From: a virus
Lineage: Duplodnaviria; Heunggongvirae; Uroviricota; Caudoviricetes
IMG/VR virus record: IMGVR_UViG_3300012943_000001
Span: 39,743 to 103,742 of that record
Strand: one strand, 5' to 3'
Length of the DNA: 64,000 bases
In this document: positions 10,178 to 19,873 of the stretch, piece after piece
How positions within the stretch are numbered: position 1 is the first letter of the stretch
Layout of the letters: every line of letters begins with the position of its first letter
Translations under genes and position numbers: made by a program
The notes under the pieces: model-generated
Database searches by the model: none
Told to the model about the DNA's origin: nothing
Seen by the model: only the letters and a program-made list of their open reading frames with translations

Positions 10178-11196
10178 TGTTTGATTTTTATGCACAAGGC
10201 TTCTTTTCATGGGCTGTCATCAATAGCGATGACAGAATAGTTCGCTATTCTCGTGGCAAGAAGAAGAACCTTATTTTGAATCAGGGTCTTGACGGTATCG
10301 CGGTGAGAAGTTGGGCGGAATCATTTAAGGTTTGTGCCGTAGGTACTGGTGCAAACGCTCCTGCAAGTTCGCAAACGGGATTATCAGAAGAAGTAAAAAG
10401 AACCCAGCTATACTTGGACATGGAGAACGCCTGCTCTGCGGAGTTGGTGGACAATAAGTTTCTTCTTAAAAGAACGTTTGTGTTTTCTCCTGAAGGAACA
10501 CCTATCATTTATCGCGAGGCAGGATTTTCTCATTCTACTTCTGTGGGTGGAAATCTTTTCTCAAAAATAGCTTTACCTCTCGTTTCCGTAGACGCTGGAG
10601 AAAGACTTATTATCCAGTACGAACTTCTTTTATCTTTAGAGCCCATTACATCCGTTGCTCTTACCAATCCAGTTTTGAATAGAACATCTAGCGGCCTATT
10701 TCAATTTCAGAACATTGGCCTAGCTGGAATAAACTCTGTAGGCGAAACTATTCATTTCGACGAAGCGTTGAGTTGTAATGAACCATCTGCTTCAGCTAAG
10801 GGCTTCTTATCTATTAACTCAAGTCCTCCCGCTGGCTTCCCAACTGCGGAAGATAGGACCGGAACAACCTTCGAAAAAGACCTAACCCTTTCATCTTATG
10901 TCGCGGGCACCTACACGCGTGAGAAAATACTGACGACAACCAAGTCAGAAGCAGCGGGTTCTTGGAGCAGTTGCGGAGTTGGTTCGAGTGCAGGCAATTC
11001 TTTCGCTAACACTGGGCTCGTATACGTCTTCAATGCCCCACTTGTAAAGGCGAGCGGTATACTTAGTCTCCATTTCAGATATCGCTGGTCAATCGTTACC
11101 AAAGAGAATTTCTCCACCCTTCTTTACTGGCTTGATGAAGAAAAGCCATTTTTGAAACAAAATCCAATCCTTCTTTATTTCAGACTAAGTGAATAA
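10177..11196 (+). CDS. Putative virion structural protein, paralog family A (1 of 3)
   Basis: KNLILNQGLD..CAVGTG..TFVF..YREAG..NLFSK..GERLIIQYEL..CNEPS shared with 11189 and 12975 ORFs. Confidence 0.6.
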   Translation: MFDFYAQGFFSWAVINSDDRIVRYSRGKKKNLILNQGLDGIAVRSWAESFKVCAVGTGANAPASSQTGLSEEVKRTQLYLDMENACSAELVDNKFLLKRTFVFSPEGTPIIYREAGFSHSTSVGGNLFSKIALPLVSVDAGERLIIQYELLLSLEPITSVALTNPVLNRTSSGLFQFQNIGLAGINSVGETIHFDEALSCNEPSASAKGFLSINSSPPAGFPTAEDRTGTTFEKDLTLSSYVAGTYTREKILTTTKSEAAGSWSSCGVGSSAGNSFANTGLVYVFNAPLVKASGILSLHFRYRWSIVTKENFSTLLYWLDEEKPFLKQNPILLYFRLSE

Positions 11197-12220
11197 GTAC
11201 ATACAACATAGCCTTCGTGGTATGGTTACTTGGTCCGTTGAGAAAGACGGTCAAGTAGTCAGGGGAGCGAACCCAAAACATAACTTAATCCTCAATCAAG
11301 GGTTAGACTTTATTGCGTCGTATTCATTTGCAGACTGTTTTAATTACTGTGCTGCGGGAGATTCGAATGTCATTCCTACGAAGACCGACGTAGCTTTAGG
11401 TAACGAGTTGTCACGTACAGGCACAAAATCCGCAACTGGCTCCGCCAACGGAGCAGAGCTAAGTAACAACGTATTTAAGCTGTTTAGGACTTTTGAGTTT
11501 GCTATAGAAGTTTCCGACGTAATTTATAGAGAAGTAGGCATGTCTCCTTTCGGCGTTCCGGGAAGTAACATATTTAGCAAGGCTCTTTTGCGAGACAACG
11601 CGGGAGACCCTATTGATGTACCCGTAGCTACGGGAGAAAAACTTGTTGTTAAGTACGAGCTTTACATAGAGATATTTGATGCGGAAACTCAAATTGGCAC
11701 GGCTATCAATGGGCGTGCAAATTCTTCTGGCATTTTGAGGATACAAAAAATTGGACTCAAAGGTATCTCTGCTCTTGGCGATACTGAGGACTACGATGTT
11801 GTTGGAAGCTGCAACGAACCTTCTACCCAAGCTTCGATGTTTATTTCTACGGACAACAGCCCTCCCGAGCCATTCGGTCAGTGCATTGATAGGTCTGCCG
11901 GGGCATACGAAGATGACGGCTCTATTTCAAATTATCAGGCTTCTACGTACAGAAGGAATAAAAGCTTGCTCATCAGACCTGCTGATTTGGCGAGTTCTTG
12001 GAGAAGCGTTGGAGTTGGTCCCGCCGCCAATAACGGAGCCGTCTTCGTGTTCGACCAAGACCAGAATAAAGAAAGTAACAAAGCTTATTTTATCAACTTT
12101 ACTTACTTCTGGACCAAGAGGAACTTATCAAACTTCTCACCTTGGTTGGACTTCGAAGATGCAGTATATTTGAGCAATAGGTACAACAAACAGAACTCCT
12201 TTGCTTATTTTGCACTCTAA
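11189..12220 (+). CDS. Putative virion structural protein, paralog family A (2 of 3)
   Basis: HNLILNQGLD..YCAAG..RTFEF..YREVG..NIFSK..GEKLVVKYEL..CNEPS. Confidence 0.6.
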   Translation: MNKYIQHSLRGMVTWSVEKDGQVVRGANPKHNLILNQGLDFIASYSFADCFNYCAAGDSNVIPTKTDVALGNELSRTGTKSATGSANGAELSNNVFKLFRTFEFAIEVSDVIYREVGMSPFGVPGSNIFSKALLRDNAGDPIDVPVATGEKLVVKYELYIEIFDAETQIGTAINGRANSSGILRIQKIGLKGISALGDTEDYDVVGSCNEPSTQASMFISTDNSPPEPFGQCIDRSAGAYEDDGSISNYQASTYRRNKSLLIRPADLASSWRSVGVGPAANNGAVFVFDQDQNKESNKAYFINFTYFWTKRNLSNFSPWLDFEDAVYLSNRYNKQNSFAYFAL

Positions 12221-12273
12221 ATTGAAAAATCTGGTGTAAAATTCTATAATAGTTCCCATAAAAGGTCTAAGGT

Positions 12274-12969
12274 ATGTCCGATACATCATTTACATCAAAA
12301 GCTCTTAACACTGCGTTGCCCATCATTTCTAGCGTCCCAGCTAACCTCGTGGGGGCTATCGCTACGGGCATCTCAGGAGTTTCGGGCATATGGAACTACG
12401 TCGTCACCCCATTTAATGGTGGAGAAGGTATGCCTTCTACGGCTTTGAACTATGTTCATTCATTTAACTCTGGTGTTAGAGTTTATTTTGATGCCGTAGC
12501 TAACGCCACGGACTACAGACTTTACAGAAGCGGGGCGGGATATACCGGATACGTTCTCGTCGATAATTCTACGTCTTCTCCTTTAATCGACACGTTTACG
12601 GCGTCCGGTGGGTATCTTACAAGCGTCAATACGACAAACTCCGAGTCTCGTGCGTTGTCTAGTTCTCCAACAAAGTTCTATCAAGTCGCCGCAGGTAGAA
12701 CCCTTCTTAAAGAAGCGTTGCTCGCGAATAGCTATACGGACACCTTGTACTTCAGCTTGTACGTTGTTCCAAGTGGTGATGCCCCATGTGCTGGTAACGT
12801 TTTGTTTAACGCCGTTTCTCTTGAAACGAACGAAACAAAGATTCTCTCCCTTAACACAGTCCTTGAACAAGGTGACTCTATTCAGGCGTACGCTACAGAA
12901 ATCGGTATGGTTCCGGGCTTCGGCTGCGTCAGCTTGAAAATTTCAGGCATCGAAATTTCTGACAGCTAA
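12274..12969 (+). CDS. Hypothetical virion-associated protein (Ig/FN3-like N-half, small beta-sandwich C-half)
   Basis: 231-aa Ser/Thr/Gly-rich ORF inside the tail cluster; C-terminal ETKILSLNTVLEQGDSIQAYA resembles small phage structural domains. Confidence 0.45.
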   Translation: MSDTSFTSKALNTALPIISSVPANLVGAIATGISGVSGIWNYVVTPFNGGEGMPSTALNYVHSFNSGVRVYFDAVANATDYRLYRSGAGYTGYVLVDNSTSSPLIDTFTASGGYLTSVNTTNSESRALSSSPTKFYQVAAGRTLLKEALLANSYTDTLYFSLYVVPSGDAPCAGNVLFNAVSLETNETKILSLNTVLEQGDSIQAYATEIGMVPGFGCVSLKISGIEISDS

Positions 12970-12974
12970 TCTCT

Positions 12975-14042
12975 ATGAATCTAAATATCATTTGGGGCGA
13001 ACAGCCTTATACTCCTCCTCCATCTGCTGCTCCACAAGAACGTGAAGTTAAAATGGGAGCACGCGGCAAGTTCGCGTACCAAGTCCTTAATCATAACAAG
13101 GAGCCGTTCTACTCTGAAGAGTTTAACCCGAACTTCATCTTTGATTGGGGTCTTGACCAAATCGCCAGCTTGACTTGGGCGAGAGCGTTCGAATACTGTC
13201 GTGTCGGTAATGTTGCCACAGGTTCTCTTCAAACGTCCTCTGGTAGAAATTCTCTTGGACAATATAGTTTGCAGTCTGAAGTGGCGGTCAGCAACCTTTA
13301 CTTTACGGGCACTCTTCCTGCTCCATTTAACTTTGCTGGTTGTGGCGTTTCTGGAGTAAGCGGCTCAGGTATTTTAATGAGACGTACGTTCGACTTCAAT
13401 CCTGAAGTTGGCAACCAAGTCTATACTGAAATCGGTTGGTCTCCGCAATCAAACGGCAACTTGTTCTCTAGAGTTATTGCTACGTCTGGTGGCCTTACTG
13501 GCGTCACGGTTCTTGAAGGTCAGTCTATTCGTGTTATTTACGAACTTGAAGTCTACCTTGGACCAAGCGGCCAAATAAACGGCAACCCAGTCACAGGATG
13601 GGCAAGTTCTGGTACGATGGGTGTCCAATTGTTTGGCATCTCCGCAGTCGGCCCAACTGGCAACTCTACCTTCTACGACGCAGGCTCCGGTGCAAACGAA
13701 CCTTCTGTAGGTGCAAGAGGTTTCATCAGTGATATTTCTACCGCATTGGCTCCGCTTGGTTCCGATGTCAACAGAAGCTCTGCAAACACTTACGAGTCAA
13801 ACACGACAATCTTCCCGTACGTCAACGGTACATATTCTAGAAGAAAAAGATTCTTCATTCCTGCAAGCTCTGGCGTTTTCGCTACATATCGCTCTGTAGG
13901 TATTGGTCAAAGCGGTGTTGGTGCAAACGCTGCGGACAACAATACGTTCGTTCACGTCTTCGACGCACCTGTCAACAAAGAGCTTGACTACATCTTGAAT
14001 CTAAACTTCTTCTACTCTTGGGGTAGATTGACAACGACATAA
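12975..14042 (+). CDS. Putative virion structural protein, paralog family A (3 of 3)
   Basis: PNFIFDWGLD..YCRVG..RTFDF..YTEIG..NLFSR..GQSIRVIYEL..ANEPS. Confidence 0.6.
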   Translation: MNLNIIWGEQPYTPPPSAAPQEREVKMGARGKFAYQVLNHNKEPFYSEEFNPNFIFDWGLDQIASLTWARAFEYCRVGNVATGSLQTSSGRNSLGQYSLQSEVAVSNLYFTGTLPAPFNFAGCGVSGVSGSGILMRRTFDFNPEVGNQVYTEIGWSPQSNGNLFSRVIATSGGLTGVTVLEGQSIRVIYELEVYLGPSGQINGNPVTGWASSGTMGVQLFGISAVGPTGNSTFYDAGSGANEPSVGARGFISDISTALAPLGSDVNRSSANTYESNTTIFPYVNGTYSRRKRFFIPASSGVFATYRSVGIGQSGVGANAADNNTFVHVFDAPVNKELDYILNLNFFYSWGRLTTT

Positions 14043-14050
14043 GATGTCTA

Positions 14051-15052
14051 ATGTCATCTATTTACATTCACTACACGGATAAGACTCTTGTATTAGATTC
14101 TGCGGAGAATTTAATGTACCCGCTGCTGGGTTCGTTGCTCAAATGGGACGAACTCAGAATAGCAATGTCTATCTCTTTGACTCAATCAACGAGTGACAAT
14201 AACGCAGGATTCACCACAAATGAGAGCCTTCCGATTATAGGAGGCACGCCAATCCTCAATAGAGTGTCGATTGGCTTGAAAAATAGAGGTACTGAGCTTC
14301 CGGGTGAGGCTGGGTGCTCATTTGCTGGCTTTTCGAACGCTAGCGACACGGACGGCTCTTCCTTGGGCTATTACGACAGCACATTAATGTTGTCAAGTAG
14401 GCGTGCGTTTGGGTTCAATCTAAACCTAGCTTGGACAGGCTCAAATCACGTCATCTCAGGTTCCCCAGTCACACTGAACCTATCTTCCGCCTTTAATGCG
14501 TCAGGAACGACTCAGGTTCTACCTGTAGGCCAACCTATCAGCTACAACGGAAACGTCGTATATCTTCAATCTCCAGTATCTAACGGGCAGACCTCTATTA
14601 CGGTATCTGCTCCAAGCCCTATCACTATTGGCATATCTGAATTGGCGGGCTCTACCGAATCTACCACGATGGTGAGACCAAATCTAAGTCTGGGCTGCTC
14701 TATCAACAGCACTTATCAATACTCTCAGACCGACTCTGCGTCTCAGACCATCAACTTTCCCGCATCTTTTGTTATGCAGGGTTCCACGAATTACTCTTCA
14801 GTTGTAATGATGAGTTTTAAGACGACCAATAGAGGAACTGCATCTCAAACCATGAGAGTAGGCTGTCAAGTGGTTCCGAATATTGGAGACACGTCCTCTA
14901 CGAATTTAGAGGCCATGCTATCCACGTACGTGCCCGCGTACGAGTCCTCCGTCTTTAACTTCAACACTTTGATGCCCACAACATTCTTTGTGCGGTGGCC
15001 GTTTTCCACCACGCGACTTCGAATGCATTCATTCGTCATCAAGAAATTCTAA
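14051..15052 (+). CDS. Putative virion protein, paralog family B (1 of 3)
   Basis: M..IY..LVL.S.E.L.YP, LPGEAGC.F.G and C-terminal WPF..RLRMHS shared with 45396 and 46166 ORFs. Confidence 0.55.
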   Translation: MSSIYIHYTDKTLVLDSAENLMYPLLGSLLKWDELRIAMSISLTQSTSDNNAGFTTNESLPIIGGTPILNRVSIGLKNRGTELPGEAGCSFAGFSNASDTDGSSLGYYDSTLMLSSRRAFGFNLNLAWTGSNHVISGSPVTLNLSSAFNASGTTQVLPVGQPISYNGNVVYLQSPVSNGQTSITVSAPSPITIGISELAGSTESTTMVRPNLSLGCSINSTYQYSQTDSASQTINFPASFVMQGSTNYSSVVMMSFKTTNRGTASQTMRVGCQVVPNIGDTSSTNLEAMLSTYVPAYESSVFNFNTLMPTTFFVRWPFSTTRLRMHSFVIKKF

Positions 15053-15054
15053 AG

Positions 15055-15087
15055 AAAAAGGCCGCTTATTACAGCGGCCTATTTTTA
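15055..15087. terminator. Bidirectional intrinsic terminator between convergent blocks
   Basis: GGCCGCT-tattac-AGCGGCC hairpin flanked by an A-run upstream and a T-run downstream. Confidence 0.85.
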
Positions 15088-15909
15088 TGTTCCTTGGGTC
15101 TTGTTTAGTTGACCAATCAACTTCAAACTGGTCTGAGGTGGAATATCTTTCCAATCCTGCCAGCTTTCGGCGTCTGGCGTATTCTTGGCGATAAGAGCCG
15201 CCTTAAAGTCCGCGAAGGTCTTGAAGCCTTCTGGATACTTCTTAGTGACCGCGTTCTTTGCCGCTACAGCCAAAGCCATCCAAACTTCGGCTTTACCCGT
15301 CTCTTCGCCGTCTGGCTTGTAAGTGACGGAGTTCATTTCGTCTTCGCCAACGATGTCGATACGAAGGGCGTTACGAACCGCACGAACGAACGCTCTGTTA
15401 GATGCGATGGTTTCCAAGAAGAGTTGGCTACTCTGGTTGGTATTTGCAAATGTTGCGTTTGCGACTTCGGAATAGTAGATAGGCATACCATTCTTTGTTT
15501 CGTAGTTCTCGGTAAGAATGACCGTACATTCGACAACGGCCCTCTCGTAGTTAGACTCTACAACGCGTTTCTTAACCTCAACGATGCCTCTGATAACCGC
15601 AAGCTCTTTGAAGCCCGGGAGAAGAATCATAAGCTGCTTGTCCGCCAGACCTTCAATAGAAGTTGGTACGTCGATGTTACGTTTTTCGAAGTAGTCTTTA
15701 TTTACTACGATATATTCCTTTGGAATCATCGCCTTCCAATTAACGGTTCCATCGTCTTCAAAAACGTATGTCTTGTTAATAAGAAGGCCATTCTCGTCTC
15801 GCTTGAACTTCTCGACCGCCAATTCTCTGCCAAATTTTGGCGTGACCTCTGGAGGTGTCGCTGAGGCTTCTACTGCGGTTTCGGGTGCTGCTGATTTTGC
15901 TTTTGCCAT
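15085..15909 (-). CDS. Conserved phage hypothetical; possible Rad52/Sak-like single-strand annealing protein
   Basis: AVVECTV..ETIASNRAFVRAVRNALRIDIVGEDEM resembles the Rad52-fold core motif (E-T-x-A-x-x-RA-x-x-RA). Confidence 0.4.
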   Translation of the reverse strand: MAKAKSAAPETAVEASATPPEVTPKFGRELAVEKFKRDENGLLINKTYVFEDDGTVNWKAMIPKEYIVVNKDYFEKRNIDVPTSIEGLADKQLMILLPGFKELAVIRGIVEVKKRVVESNYERAVVECTVILTENYETKNGMPIYYSEVANATFANTNQSSQLFLETIASNRAFVRAVRNALRIDIVGEDEMNSVTYKPDGEETGKAEVWMALAVAAKNAVTKKYPEGFKTFADFKAALIAKNTPDAESWQDWKDIPPQTSLKLIGQLNKTQGT

Positions 15910-15911
15910 AA

Positions 15912-17075
15912 TTATTGATTAAAGATATAGAAGTGGTCTGCCTCTTCCCAGAAGGATTCGGTGTCGGTAATCGTCTGAATATTATCATCGAATCCCTTGA
16001 TTGGCCTCTTGGCTTTCCAATCAGCTTTACTCAAGAAAATGCCGTCTTTCGACAAGATGAATTTATTCGTCTTGAAGTACGTATTATCGCCTAATTTGTC
16101 AGCCATGTCAAGCTCTTGTTTAGTACGTGAAGTTTCCTGTGTAATTTCGAAGTCGAAGAATTTGAGGCGAAGATTTGCCAGCTTCTCTGGGTCTTTCTCT
16201 TTCGTTTGGAGGTCAAGAGATACGCCCGCCTGCTTCGCAGCCTTAATATATTCAATGTCTCTGTCGTCCATAACATCGTAACTAATCTTATTGATGTTCT
16301 GTTTCAGACCACGTAAAATCTTCAAGTTAATAGGCTGACTCGCCAAGATGTTACATTTACGGGTATAGAGTGTTTGAGCAAGGATATCTTCATTGAACAA
16401 ATAGTCCATACGGATGTTGATAATGCCGTTGGCTAGTTTATCTGGAGCCATCACGAAATCTGGAATTTGCTCTACAATATGTACCGGATAAAACTCTCCA
16501 AAGTAAAGAGATTTTCTCTTCGTGCTTGCATCGAATCGTTTTAAGATTGCGTTTGCAATTGTTTCAGGGAAGATGAAGTCTACCGTCTTAGGAGACTCTT
16601 GATTAGAGTAGGATGGAAGCTTTCCTTTTCTATCGGACTCCAAAAATACAGAGTCCTCATGATAGACTAGTGGGCCGTGATTCTTAAACGTCGTGGCTCC
16701 ATAAATGCAAACTTGCGGGATTTTTGAATGACCCGCTACGTGAGCACTGAAGGTATCGTTGCTCATATGGAACAAGCTATTAGAAAGAATGTAGGCGGTT
16801 TGAGCCATAGAGACGACGCCAGTAAGGTGGAAGCATCCCTTGAGTCTTTCGTCTTCTTTGCCGCCAATTTGCACGATATGAATGTCCAGCTTATCTAAGA
16901 CTGGCTTGATAATTGTGACGACATCTTCCCAGAATGAGTAGCACTTTGCGTCTGTACTAGAGGACGCGTGAAGAGTTACGTACTTCTGGAATGGAAGCGG
17001 ATAGAAAGCCTTGTAAATAAAAGGCTCGTCAATCTTTAGACCAGTTGCGAGAGAGTATAGTTCAAGAAGTTTCAT
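15912..17075 (-). CDS. Glycosyltransferase, GT9 (heptosyltransferase-like) N-half plus unknown C-terminal domain
   Basis: YSFWEDVV..IVQIGGKED..LTG..QTAYILSNSLFHMSNDTFSAHVAG..IYG.T GT9 signature. Confidence 0.75.
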   Translation of the reverse strand: MKLLELYSLATGLKIDEPFIYKAFYPLPFQKYVTLHASSSTDAKCYSFWEDVVTIIKPVLDKLDIHIVQIGGKEDERLKGCFHLTGVVSMAQTAYILSNSLFHMSNDTFSAHVAGHSKIPQVCIYGATTFKNHGPLVYHEDSVFLESDRKGKLPSYSNQESPKTVDFIFPETIANAILKRFDASTKRKSLYFGEFYPVHIVEQIPDFVMAPDKLANGIINIRMDYLFNEDILAQTLYTRKCNILASQPINLKILRGLKQNINKISYDVMDDRDIEYIKAAKQAGVSLDLQTKEKDPEKLANLRLKFFDFEITQETSRTKQELDMADKLGDNTYFKTNKFILSKDGIFLSKADWKAKRPIKGFDDNIQTITDTESFWEEADHFYIFNQ

Positions 17076-19033
17076 GTAAGCGTCAGTGCGATTTTATCGT
17101 TAGATAGATAGTTCAATTGGCGTTGAGAACCAATGCCCGGATGGAAGTAAACGTCCACATACTTTGGATTCCCAACCTGACCAATCATGGCAAGCTCGTT
17201 TTCCATAATTGGGTGATACGGAAGAATTTTATGGATGTACGGATTACCCAAAAACATTTCAGCAAACTTTCTTTCACAAGCTACGTAAAGGTCGTGCTCT
17301 GGATATTGCTCCTTGAAAGACTTAAACAAAGAGGATACGAGATAACAATCACCAAAACTTTCTTTCATGACTAACAAAGCCCTCTTCTTGTCGTTCTTAT
17401 CGAAGACATCGGCAAAATCCATCTTGGCATTTTTTTGATTCTCTTGAAAAGCTACGTTTCTGAAATAGTTAAGAACTCCATCACGATTCTGACGTTTCTC
17501 ATCCATTTCTTTCATCCAATACGCAAGACCCTCGTCGTCATCCTTGACGTACATACGAAGAATGTTACGGTAAATATCTTTCAGCCATTCTTTGGTATCT
17601 TCAAGTGGAGGTGGAGCGTAATCTGGATTCTTTGGTGGTTCAGAAAAATCCCAATCCCACTCAACGAATGGTGCTCCGTCGATAATGTCTTCGACTTGTT
17701 TACCAATGGCAGAAATATCACAAACTTCAATCGTGAATTTGCGGGCGAGTACGCCAAGCTCTCTACGTTTTGCAGGCTTCATCTCCCAAACTTTCTTGAG
17801 GTTCTTGGCGATGCTACTTGCAAATGTGGACGCTTTAATGAACTCTGTGCCGGGCTCTCTGTACTCTTCCCAATCTAGCGGAAAGCCGCCACTCTCTGGC
17901 GTGCAGTATTCTTCTCCGCAAGAGTAGTTTGTTACGAGCGTGATAAGCTCCGTCAACTTGGCCTCTTGTACCGGAATTTCTTGACCGCCAGAAGTAAATG
18001 GGTGGCAGTAGACATCCATCAAGTTATAAACTTCATTCAACTGCTCTTCGGTCACGCCATCTGTTACGTTTGCGGTAACTAGGCCGTTCTTAGAGCCGCA
18101 ATGTTTACAAGGAATGTTTTGCCCAAGATTCACATTGATACGAGACTTCTTCCATTCCGCCGTAGGAAGCTGGTACGGTTTAACCTCGTATTGTTTGCAG
18201 TCCTTACATACGTATGTCGTAAGTACGCGTGCGGGGTCTAGACCGAACTCCTTGATTCTCTCTGGAATATTCCAACCTTCAGACCAGTGCGTATGCAAAA
18301 GAAGATACGCTTTGCTTTCTGGATTCTGGTCGCAAAAAGTCTTGAAGCCTTGAAGAAGTTTGACGACGCTCTTACGAAGTTGATTTCTAAATACGAAACC
18401 AATGATGAAGGCGTCAGGTTGAATGTTGTGCTGCTTTCTAAGTTCCGACCTCTTGGAGTCTGGCAACCTATAAAACTTGGAAGATTCGATTGCCCCATGA
18501 AGAGTCTTTACGTGATTGTGTCCGTGCTTCTTCATTGCCGTCTCAGCGAACTTCGCCCAGACGTAATAATTCTTTACCTTATCCGCTGCTGACAAAGCGT
18601 CAGGAAGGATTGGCAGACTATCCAAAGTGGTATGAATGACGGAGTGAACCTTGTTCCACCACTTCCTGTCGAAGTAGCCATTGAACGCCCAGATGTCTTC
18701 TATTCCAAAGTATACGTCAGGCTTTTCCTGCTTCATCAAGCGGTCGATATTGTACGCACCGTAAGACACGTCTCTTCCTTTGATGTGTTGGTCATGCTGG
18801 TTCAAACCCTGCATGATTTGCTGCCACTCTGCATTAGAGTCCGGCAACGCTCCATGAGTCTTCCACGGCATTTTCTTCAACGCCTCATTGTCCCAATTGA
18901 CACCTGTGCAGTATTCTACGAGGTCATACTTTCCTGTGTTATGCAGGTATGTAAGTAATGCTTTCGCATGTCGTCCAAAGCCAGACTTAGATTTAGAGTG
19001 ATTGCTGTGGATTACAACTTTCTTTTTACGCAT
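17072..19033 (-). CDS. Glycosyltransferase GT4 (GT-B) with zinc-ribbon insertion and C-terminal GT9-like domain
   Basis: SGFGRHAK, GFVFRNQLRK, QLNEVYNLMDVYCHPFTSGGQEIPVQEAK; CKDC..CKHC insertion; C-terminal SFGDCYLVSSL..FKEQYP..LYVAC. Confidence 0.8.
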   Translation of the reverse strand: MRKKKVVIHSNHSKSKSGFGRHAKALLTYLHNTGKYDLVEYCTGVNWDNEALKKMPWKTHGALPDSNAEWQQIMQGLNQHDQHIKGRDVSYGAYNIDRLMKQEKPDVYFGIEDIWAFNGYFDRKWWNKVHSVIHTTLDSLPILPDALSAADKVKNYYVWAKFAETAMKKHGHNHVKTLHGAIESSKFYRLPDSKRSELRKQHNIQPDAFIIGFVFRNQLRKSVVKLLQGFKTFCDQNPESKAYLLLHTHWSEGWNIPERIKEFGLDPARVLTTYVCKDCKQYEVKPYQLPTAEWKKSRINVNLGQNIPCKHCGSKNGLVTANVTDGVTEEQLNEVYNLMDVYCHPFTSGGQEIPVQEAKLTELITLVTNYSCGEEYCTPESGGFPLDWEEYREPGTEFIKASTFASSIAKNLKKVWEMKPAKRRELGVLARKFTIEVCDISAIGKQVEDIIDGAPFVEWDWDFSEPPKNPDYAPPPLEDTKEWLKDIYRNILRMYVKDDDEGLAYWMKEMDEKRQNRDGVLNYFRNVAFQENQKNAKMDFADVFDKNDKKRALLVMKESFGDCYLVSSLFKSFKEQYPEHDLYVACERKFAEMFLGNPYIHKILPYHPIMENELAMIGQVGNPKYVDVYFHPGIGSQRQLNYLSNDKIALTLT

Positions 19034-19067
19034 GAAAATGATGTCGGATTAATGAAGAAATTCAAGT

Positions 19068-19098
19068 AAAAAAGAAGGGAGACTTTCGTCTCCCCTCT
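19068..19098 (-). terminator. Intrinsic terminator (minus strand) after 19123..19779
   Basis: GGGAGAC-GAAA-GTCTCCC hairpin followed by a T-run on the minus strand. Confidence 0.85.
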
Positions 19099-19122
19099 TA
19101 ATAATCAACTCACCTAACTATA

Positions 19123-19779
19123 TTAGCGGAAAGGATTTTGGTCGCCCTCTTCCTCTTGTGGAGGAGCTTCCTCTTGGGTCTCGCCTTGTTCAAAAGGGTT
19201 CTCTTCTTGTGCTGGCTGGCTAGCTTGCTGTTGGCGAGTAGGAGCCGCTGGGGCCGCAGGAGCCTCAGTTTGCTGACCTTCTTGTCCGCCGAACTGAAGC
19301 CTAAATCTGTTTGAGTAAAGTGTCTTCAAACCAAAATCAAGATAGGTTGCAAGAGCTTCGCACTCTCCAAGGGAAATCGCAAGCGTAAACTTATCTGTGC
19401 TATTTCTCATGAGAGAGAAAAAGAAACCTTTGACGATTTCGTCTTGAACCGCAGGAGAGAAAGACAATTGAACTTTGTCTTTGCTGCCCGGATGGGAGTG
19501 AAATCCTTTCCACTCAGTAAGTCTACGGATGGAATTGATGATTGCTCCCGCCTCGAATTCATTCAACTTAACATTGATGGACTTCGCGGGGTTTTGGGAG
19601 TTTGCAGAGAAGGAGCCTGTTTTAGTCGTTGGGTTCCAAGAAGCTTGAGCAACAGAACTGACGTAAAGTGAAAGCTCACCTTTTAGACCCGTACCAGACT
19701 TGGAAGGACCGAAGTTGAAAGAGAAAAGAAATCCTGCGTTTCTTGCGTTTGGTTTGAAAAATGTGATACCTTTAGCCAT
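19123..19779 (-). CDS. Putative ssDNA-binding protein, Whirly/PC4-like fold with acidic C-terminal tail
   Basis: KLNEFEAGAII..GFHSHP..LSFSP..GFFFSL..AISLGECEALATYLDF aligns by eye to the plant Whirly core; tail QEEEGDQNPFR is SSB-like; own promoter and terminator. Confidence 0.55.
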   Translation of the reverse strand: MAKGITFFKPNARNAGFLFSFNFGPSKSGTGLKGELSLYVSSVAQASWNPTTKTGSFSANSQNPAKSINVKLNEFEAGAIINSIRRLTEWKGFHSHPGSKDKVQLSFSPAVQDEIVKGFFFSLMRNSTDKFTLAISLGECEALATYLDFGLKTLYSNRFRLQFGGQEGQQTEAPAAPAAPTRQQQASQPAQEENPFEQGETQEEAPPQEEEGDQNPFR

Positions 19780-19873
19780 ATAGTTAATTTGATTATTTCC
19801 GCTATGAAGCCAGTAGTATATCAGGTCTTTTCATTCCTGTCAATAGTTTTTACGTGTAAACTATTTTACCCCT

